Positions 17,187-22,992 of a stretch of DNA of 24,944 nucleotides are shown here, piece after piece. Position 1 is the first letter of the stretch, and the number at the start of each line of letters is the position of its first letter. This stretch comes from a virus (lineage: Duplodnaviria; Caudoviricetes), in the IMG/VR virus record IMGVR_UViG_3300028589_000045, positions 1 through 24,944 of that record, one strand, 5' to 3'. The notes under the pieces were generated by a model, which saw nothing but the letters and a program-made list of their open reading frames with translations, was not told where the DNA came from and made no database searches. A program made the translations under genes and the position numbers.

Positions 17187-18940
17187 CGCTGCCTCAGGTG
17201 AACGAGAGGGAACGTCCGGCCTTGGTGCCGCACTCTGCCGATACCTAGAATCTGATACGTGTCGCCGTGCGGGAGCAACATCTCCATCTCACCCTCGATG
17301 GAGTGCGCGTGCCCGAACGCGATGCCATACTTCGCGTCGATCTTCAAGAGGATGCCATCAAGGTCGTCGCCGCGCGCGAAGCCGCCCGTCTTACTTCCCA
17401 TGAACGCCGCGGCGACCTTCGGGTCGAACGACGTCGACTGGAAGCCGTTCAACGTGACCTGGTCTCCTTTGACGAAGTCCTCAACCTTCACGCCGCGCAG
17501 GCCGCGGTAGACGGTCACCGGCTGCTTGATCTTCGGCGCGTCGGCCATCGCGTTCTCGACCTCGGCCCCCGTCTTCGCGAGGTCCAGAAGCCTGTGGCCC
17601 CCGCGGGGCCGGTCGTCGTCGTCATCTTCGTCATCGTTGTCGTCATTCTCAGAATGATCGGCTAAGTCCAACAAGTCGGGGTTCTCCCGAAGCGCATTGT
17701 TCAAGCGGTCCGGAGCGTGGACATAATCATCCAAAGCCTGACGCATCTTCTCAAGGTCATCGTCCATCGAGGCCCCGTCGTCGAGCTTGTCGAGGAACGC
17801 GTCGTGGGCCAGGATCGCCTTCCACTCGGGCGTGTCGGGGTCGTCCTCGTCGAAGCGCGGGAGGTCCGTCTCGCCGAGGTCCGAGGGTGCGCTGCCGCCC
17901 ACCTCTCCGGGTCTTCCTTCATGGCCGAAGTGACCGCTGCCGGGGCCGCCGAGGGTCTTCAACGACCCATCCAAAATGATGACGACAATCAGGTCGCCCT
18001 CGTCAAGGCCCTCGAGAACCTTGTACTTGAGCTTTTCGCCGCCCGTCTGATACGGAAATTGTCCCTCGCGGAGCTTGTCTATCTCGCGGGCGCTGTAAAT
18101 TCGAACTTCCTTGATGAATTTGGACGGAACTGTTTTTGAGCCCTGCGAGTAGTGATACGTTCCTGGATGATGTTGCTGCCCTGTAACGTTGAAAAACTTT
18201 GCCGCTTCCTTCGACAAAACGACGACGGCAACATCGTCCTTCCCAGTAGACTGCGACGCGTAGTTCAGGGCCAAGTCGAGCTCATGCGCGACGTAGACCC
18301 TGCCGCCGTGCCCCGGGCGGAGGCCCTCTTTCTTGATCTTTTTGGCAACGTCAAGGCGGGTCCCGTGGAACGTCTCGCCGGAAGCGGAGCCGCCTACCTC
18401 TCCTGGTCTTCCGGCATGTCCGTGATGCCCACTCCCGGGGCCGCCGAGAGCCTTCAACCGACTAACAGACTTAATCGGCTTCGCCAACGACAGCGCATCG
18501 GTCTGTATGCCCTTCGAACCATGAAAGACCGGATAAACGCTTCCTGCCGGTGTCTCGACCCTGAACACGACTGGCTGATCGCCCTCGCGTCGCACCTTGG
18601 CGATCTCCAAGGCGTATTCCGGGGTGAGGGCCAAGTTGCCGAATTTCAATCCTTCCGCCTCGATTTTGCCGGCGCGGCTTTCCGTCGTCCCGTGGTAAAG
18701 GACCAAAGACTCGGCGTTCACGTAGTATCGGCCCTGCTTTTCCCAGCGAATGCTACGGTTCTCGACGGTGTTGCTTAACCCTTCCGGCAAGTCGGCACCG
18801 GGCGCACTACCGCCTACTTCCCCGGGTCTGCCAGCGTGACCGTGATGACCAGAGCCGGGCCCACCCAGCAGTCGCAGCCCAACGACAGCGCGCGCCAGCA
18901 GCCTGGAGGCACGTCTCGGCTCAAGCGGCAGCTGGAGCAT
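17183..18940 (-). CDS. Three-module protein: two HGT-type ART-fold domains and a VIP2/Alt-like ADP-ribosyltransferase, each preceded by a tag
   Basis: 585 aa; 'LYHGT...IEAEGL'; 'FHGT...IKKEGLRP...VYVA...VPSKFI'; 'LNNALR...VYRG...FQSTS...EMEMLLP'. Confidence 0.85.
   Translation of the reverse strand: MLQLPLEPRRASRLLARAVVGLRLLGGPGSGHHGHAGRPGEVGGSAPGADLPEGLSNTVENRSIRWEKQGRYYVNAESLVLYHGTTESRAGKIEAEGLKFGNLALTPEYALEIAKVRREGDQPVVFRVETPAGSVYPVFHGSKGIQTDALSLAKPIKSVSRLKALGGPGSGHHGHAGRPGEVGGSASGETFHGTRLDVAKKIKKEGLRPGHGGRVYVAHELDLALNYASQSTGKDDVAVVVLSKEAAKFFNVTGQQHHPGTYHYSQGSKTVPSKFIKEVRIYSAREIDKLREGQFPYQTGGEKLKYKVLEGLDEGDLIVVIILDGSLKTLGGPGSGHFGHEGRPGEVGGSAPSDLGETDLPRFDEDDPDTPEWKAILAHDAFLDKLDDGASMDDDLEKMRQALDDYVHAPDRLNNALRENPDLLDLADHSENDDNDDEDDDDDRPRGGHRLLDLAKTGAEVENAMADAPKIKQPVTVYRGLRGVKVEDFVKGDQVTLNGFQSTSFDPKVAAAFMGSKTGGFARGDDLDGILLKIDAKYGIAFGHAHSIEGEMEMLLPHGDTYQILGIGRVRHQGRTFPLVHLRQR
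17885..17953 (-). repeat. Peptide tag copy 4: LGGPGSGHFGHEGRPGEVGGSAP
   Basis: Direct translation; preceded by KT. Confidence 0.97.
18380..18448 (-). repeat. Peptide tag copy 3: LGGPGSGHHGHAGRPGEVGGSAS
   Basis: Direct translation; preceded by KA. Confidence 0.97.
18800..18868 (-). repeat. Peptide tag copy 2: LGGPGSGHHGHAGRPGEVGGSAP
   Basis: Direct translation; preceded by RL. Confidence 0.97.
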
Positions 18941-19437
18941 CAGACGACCCCCACGATGACGACGTCGTACGAGGCCGAGGCCCCGGCGGCATTCGCTACG
19001 TTGATCAAGTCCGCGCTGCCACCAGTCACCGCGACGCCCGCGGCCGACGGGTCAACGAAGACGAAGATCCCGCCGGGCGTGAGAACGAGCGCGTCGCCAA
19101 CGGCGGAGAGGAATGGTAGCCCGTTTGCTGGACGACTAACCGTCAGGTTCGTCGTGTTGGCCGCTAAGGATTGAATAGCTATCGCCTTGATCTTCGTAAA
19201 CACAAGCGACGTGCCAAAGAGGTTCGTCAAGCTGCCCGAGACGTCCAAGTCCTCGCTCGCGCCCGTCGTCAGCGTGCGGCGCTTCGAGTAGACGTTGTTC
19301 GCCTGGCCGAGCCCCGTGCCGTTCGCGAACAGGGACTCGAGCGTCAAACGGAGCTGGTCCTTCCCGGACGAGAAGTCGCCGGCGTTTATCAGGTCGGTGT
19401 CGACCTTAACGCGTATGGAGCCGGTGAAGGTGGGCAT
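18940..19437 (-). CDS. Beta-rich hypothetical protein, probably virion-associated
   Basis: 165 aa, rich in Thr/Ser/Gly/Ala/Val; coupled to both neighbours; no tag. Confidence 0.75.
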   Translation of the reverse strand: MPTFTGSIRVKVDTDLINAGDFSSGKDQLRLTLESLFANGTGLGQANNVYSKRRTLTTGASEDLDVSGSLTNLFGTSLVFTKIKAIAIQSLAANTTNLTVSRPANGLPFLSAVGDALVLTPGGIFVFVDPSAAGVAVTGGSADLINVANAAGASASYDVVIVGVV

Positions 19438-19438
19438 A

Positions 19439-22039
19439 CTACCGTGACCCCTTCAACTTGTCGGAATGAGCGCGGGCAATCGCCTCGGTCGCCTGCTTGC
19501 GACCAACCTGACTTGCTACGGTGTTTCCTTCGTAGACCGCGTTGAATCCCTCTTGGGACCTCATCTGCTGCGCGCCATGAACAGTCTTGAACCCGGTATA
19601 GGTCACCGGCTCGAGCGTGCCGATAGTCTGCCCACTATGTTGAACCGAGTAGCCACCGTCGTCACGCTTGACCAACTTGGCAGACGCAGCGATGGCCTCT
19701 TTTCGAGTGGGCTCAAGCTCATTCTTCAGTCTTTCTTGCTCGGCAATGAGCGGCTCAATTTCCCTCATCCGCGCCTTAATTTCCTTTGCAGAGTTACCGC
19801 CGCCGCGGCTCGAAATCTCCATGATCTTTCGGTCAATTTCATTAATGCGCTCGGCGGCAGCTGATGGCGCGCTTCCGCCTACTTCTCCAGGTCTTCCTTC
19901 ATGACCAAAATTACCTGAACCGGGTCCACCAAGCATTCTATTGACCCCGATGATCCTGTCGATGACTTCCGTGTTGTTGACCTTGATGGCCTCTTCGAGT
20001 ACCCGCACCAGCTCATCGTCATACGCTTCTGTGTCCGCGCGCATCGCTAAGTCAATCTCGACATCCTCGCCCTCCGCCGGGCTGAAGACTATCGACCCGA
20101 CAGACGCGTTAAGCCCCGAAAACAAATCATCGTTGTGGTCGTAGGCCGTGTACTTTTGCCCAAGCCCCGGCTTAACGTAGGCCAGCGTGGCGTGCGGCAC
20201 GTAGGTCGGGTGCGTGTCGGTGACTTCCAGCCTGTCAGCGAGCCGCTTGTTCAGGTCCTCGAGGTCCGCGCTCTTGACCTCGACATACACGACGTCGTAT
20301 ACCGGCGCACTGAAAAACGCAAGGTTGCCGAGTGCAAGCCGAACTGGACCCGGATGACCACCCAGCGCAGCGCGGACAGCCGCGGCGTCGTTCGTGTGGA
20401 TGCCGTACTTGACCGTAACATGCGGCTGAAGCTCGACCCCGTCGTCAGCTAAGTCCTCGCGTGGGATAGAGAGCGCATACTTTAGCAACTTCTCGCCGAT
20501 GACGCGCGGGAGGTTGACCTGCGTCGACGAAAACTTCGTTCCCTCCGCGGCGGCACGGATCCGCGGGTCGGCTGCCGCGCGCGGGAACCGCTCGTCGCCA
20601 TCTATTTCTTTTTCAGGTGCCGGCGGCGGCGCGGGCGGGACGAGCTCGATCTCATCTTCCTTCAGCGGCTCGAAGTCATACCAATGTGACCGCGTCTCGG
20701 CCGTCGTGAACACCGTCGAGCCCTGCGTCCTGTTGACCGCGGCCCACTTCTGCGCGCCCTGCGCCCGCTCCTCGGACGTCAGGGTCTGGATGGTGGACCA
20801 CTTGACGATGTACGTCTCCGACGGCGGCAGGTACCCGTACTTGATGAGCCGGTCGGCCAGCTGTCGGACGATGTAGGGCCCGGCGTAGGCGTTCTGCCGG
20901 CCGACGATTTGGTCCTTCCAGTTCTCGCGGTCCTGCGACGAGGCCAGCTCGCCCATCTCCGATCCCGTCAGGATGCGCTTCGGGATACGCTTCGCGCCAG
21001 CGATCTGCGTGAGGATCGCGTCGGCGTTCCCGCCGAAGTCCGAAACGTCCGAGCCGAGTGTGTTGATATCCACGCCCCGCGTCCTGAACATCCGCCGCAT
21101 CTGATGCGCGTACTCGTCGGCCTGCGTCTGAAGACTAGCGCGCTCAGAGTCGGACATGTCGCCCATCGACTTGTCGACGTTGAGATGCATGCCCTGGTTC
21201 GCGCGGAGCCAATGAGCCTCAGAGCCGCCGCCGGTAACTTTGTCGAGGTCATCAAGCAGATTCCACACGCGCTCGAGGCACGGCTGCCCATAAACGTCGT
21301 TGTCGAGGCAGCCCTCGGCGATGTGGATGATCCGGCTCCAGTGAACTTCCTTCTGGAAATCCGGATTGTTGATGTCCGTGCGCCGCAAATTGTAGGCGCG
21401 CGGCAGTCCGAAGCGCGGGTTGTGCGGGTCGTCCTCGAACGAGGCGATCGTCGCGTCGCCGTCGAGCGTCGCTATCGCGCCCCTGTTCTGCGTGCCCGGC
21501 CCGCCGCCGCCGGCGAACGGCCAGAGCCCGATGAGCTTCTCGGGCTTACCCCGCGGCAGCTCCTGGTCGAGGGCGCCATCCTGCGAGCCGATGAGCACGA
21601 CGGAGTAAGTGCTAAGCTGCGACAGAATGTCGGCGCGGAGCAGGATGGACGTAATGTTCAGACGGCGGTCGAGGTCGTCCCAGGCCTTCTCGAACGCGGT
21701 GACGTTCTTCGGGTTGTCGTTCTCCTCGAGCCAGACGTCCGAGCGCCAGGTGGCCTTGGGCAGCGCGTCGACGACCGCCCCAGCGATTCCGCCGCGCGCG
21801 TAGCGGTCGTGGTAGTCCTTCGTCGTGAGCTGTCGCTGGTAGCCGAGGACCTCGTACGTGTCGCGCTTCGTCCCGAAGGTGACACCCGCTAGGCGCATGA
21901 ACTGCGCGCGGTCAAGAAGAATGGAAGTCGCCGCGCGGAACTCCTCCGCGGACCTGAAGGACGTGGGCGCCGAAGGCGGCAGCGCGTCCGTCAGGATGAT
22001 GCGCGAGGCGCCGTTGCCGTTCGTCTGTTCAGATGGCAC
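19439..22039 (-). CDS. DUF1073-type portal protein fused to a 2H phosphoesterase (Acb1-like) and a tagged C-terminal domain
   Basis: GTG start with GGAGGAG RBS. Portal motifs 'YARGGIAGAVVD', 'VHWSRIIH', 'IPKRILTGSEMGELASSQD'; Pro-rich linker; HVTV and HATL motifs; tag; ~140-aa tail. Confidence 0.9.
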   Translation of the reverse strand: MPSEQTNGNGASRIILTDALPPSAPTSFRSAEEFRAATSILLDRAQFMRLAGVTFGTKRDTYEVLGYQRQLTTKDYHDRYARGGIAGAVVDALPKATWRSDVWLEENDNPKNVTAFEKAWDDLDRRLNITSILLRADILSQLSTYSVVLIGSQDGALDQELPRGKPEKLIGLWPFAGGGGPGTQNRGAIATLDGDATIASFEDDPHNPRFGLPRAYNLRRTDINNPDFQKEVHWSRIIHIAEGCLDNDVYGQPCLERVWNLLDDLDKVTGGGSEAHWLRANQGMHLNVDKSMGDMSDSERASLQTQADEYAHQMRRMFRTRGVDINTLGSDVSDFGGNADAILTQIAGAKRIPKRILTGSEMGELASSQDRENWKDQIVGRQNAYAGPYIVRQLADRLIKYGYLPPSETYIVKWSTIQTLTSEERAQGAQKWAAVNRTQGSTVFTTAETRSHWYDFEPLKEDEIELVPPAPPPAPEKEIDGDERFPRAAADPRIRAAAEGTKFSSTQVNLPRVIGEKLLKYALSIPREDLADDGVELQPHVTVKYGIHTNDAAAVRAALGGHPGPVRLALGNLAFFSAPVYDVVYVEVKSADLEDLNKRLADRLEVTDTHPTYVPHATLAYVKPGLGQKYTAYDHNDDLFSGLNASVGSIVFSPAEGEDVEIDLAMRADTEAYDDELVRVLEEAIKVNNTEVIDRIIGVNRMLGGPGSGNFGHEGRPGEVGGSAPSAAAERINEIDRKIMEISSRGGGNSAKEIKARMREIEPLIAEQERLKNELEPTRKEAIAASAKLVKRDDGGYSVQHSGQTIGTLEPVTYTGFKTVHGAQQMRSQEGFNAVYEGNTVASQVGRKQATEAIARAHSDKLKGSR
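19865..19933 (-). repeat. Peptide tag copy 1 (portal): LGGPGSGNFGHEGRPGEVGGSAP
   Basis: Direct translation; preceded by RM. Confidence 0.97.
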
Positions 22040-22214
22040 GGGCGAGCTCCTCCGGCTCGTTGTCCTTGATCACCCTGGCGTGCTCGACGCAGAAGACGCC
22101 GGACTCAAGGCTCCGCTTGTGCGACTCCTCGCGGCAGCGCGGGCAGGTCAGCGCGCCCGAGGCCATGTCCGGATGCAGCTCCTGGCGCCGGTGGTAGCGG
22201 CAGTGCTTGGTCAT
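22029..22214 (-). CDS. Cys/His-rich micro-protein (61 aa)
   Basis: MTKHCRYH...CPRC...CVEH; TGATG-coupled to the upstream ORF. Confidence 0.6.
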   Translation of the reverse strand: MTKHCRYHRRQELHPDMASGALTCPRCREESHKRSLESGVFCVEHARVIKDNEPEELARAI

Positions 22215-22375
22215 CACCTCTTGTGCGCCTTGCGAATCCACGAGAAACAGAATCCGACAGGCCCAGCCGCCAGCGCGATCCAGCCTGCCGTCGGCCCGAT
22301 ATTGCGGGTCAAGGACCAGTATGGTTTGCCGCCGTTTTTCAAAAGGCTCGTGGTCGTGAATCTGATCTTCATCAT
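22214..22375 (-). CDS. Micro-protein (53 aa)
   Basis: MMKIRFTTTSLLKNGGKPYWSL...; ATGA-coupled. Confidence 0.55.
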   Translation of the reverse strand: MMKIRFTTTSLLKNGGKPYWSLTRNIGPTAGWIALAAGPVGFCFSWIRKAHKR

Positions 22376-22536
22376 GCCCGCCTCCCGTGCTTCCCGCACG
22401 CGCATTTGTCGGCGAACACGGCGAACTGATGAATCCCGTTGCCGCACAGTGCCGTAAACGCGGGGTCGTGTGGCACGACGGTAAACCATCGCCACTCGCG
22501 CGCGTGCTCGTCGTAGACCTGGATGCGGACGGTCAT
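22372..22536 (-). CDS. Cys/His-containing micro-protein (54 aa, not in ORF track)
   Basis: MTVRIQVYDEHAREWRWFTVVPHDPAFTALCGNGIHQFAVFADKCACGKHGRRA; ATGA overlaps at both ends. Confidence 0.6.
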   Translation of the reverse strand: MTVRIQVYDEHAREWRWFTVVPHDPAFTALCGNGIHQFAVFADKCACGKHGRRA

Positions 22537-22727
22537 CGGGCCAGCGCCTTCGCGCCGTGCGACGCAACAAGGTGCTCGTAGTACGCGTCCTTGACGCGGT
22601 CGTCATTGCGCGCGGAGATCGGCCAGCCGCAGTGCGGGCAGCGGGTCTTCAGCAGCGCCGTCGCGATTCGTTTATCGACCGAGATGGGCGTCAGTGCGAC
22701 CATGACGTAAAATCCTTCGATGTTCAT
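22533..22727 (-). CDS. Putative C2H2-like zinc finger micro-protein (64 aa)
   Basis: MNIEGFY...CPHCGW...EHLVASH; ATGA-coupled. Confidence 0.6.
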   Translation of the reverse strand: MNIEGFYVMVALTPISVDKRIATALLKTRCPHCGWPISARNDDRVKDAYYEHLVASHGAKALAR

Positions 22728-22876
22728 ACGCGTTCCAACAACAAACGAATGAACGCCCACGCAGCGAGCAACGCCAGGTCGTGCTCCTGCGGCGACGAGA
22801 TGTAGCGCGTCAGCCGATCCTCGAGCTTGGCGGCCTCAGCTTCGCACCGCGCCTCAAAATCAGCGAATGTCATCAT
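22724..22876 (-). CDS. Micro-protein (50 aa, not in ORF track)
   Basis: MMTFADFEARCEAEAAKLEDRLTRYISSPQEHDLALLAAWAFIRLLLERV; ATGA overlaps. Confidence 0.55.
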   Translation of the reverse strand: MMTFADFEARCEAEAAKLEDRLTRYISSPQEHDLALLAAWAFIRLLLERV

Positions 22877-22965
22877 CGTCGATACTTCCTGAAGCCGTAA
22901 ACTACCGCCCCGAGCACCAGCAACGCACCGACGACGCCTATGAAGTCGAAAACTATGTCGCCCAT
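22873..22965 (-). CDS. Single-TM micro-protein (30 aa, not in ORF track)
   Basis: MGDIVFDFIGVVGALLVLGAVVYGFRKYRR; AAGGTGAG upstream; hydrophobic helix followed by a basic tail. Confidence 0.55.
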   Translation of the reverse strand: MGDIVFDFIGVVGALLVLGAVVYGFRKYRR

Positions 22966-22992
22966 CTCACCTTGCCGAACCCGGCGGAAGGC

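Noticed and set aside
13128-19933. Tag repeats as a CRISPR array or DNA-level repeat element
   Set aside because: Copies are in-frame coding, differ mainly at synonymous sites, are separated by hundreds to thousands of bases, and no cas genes are present.
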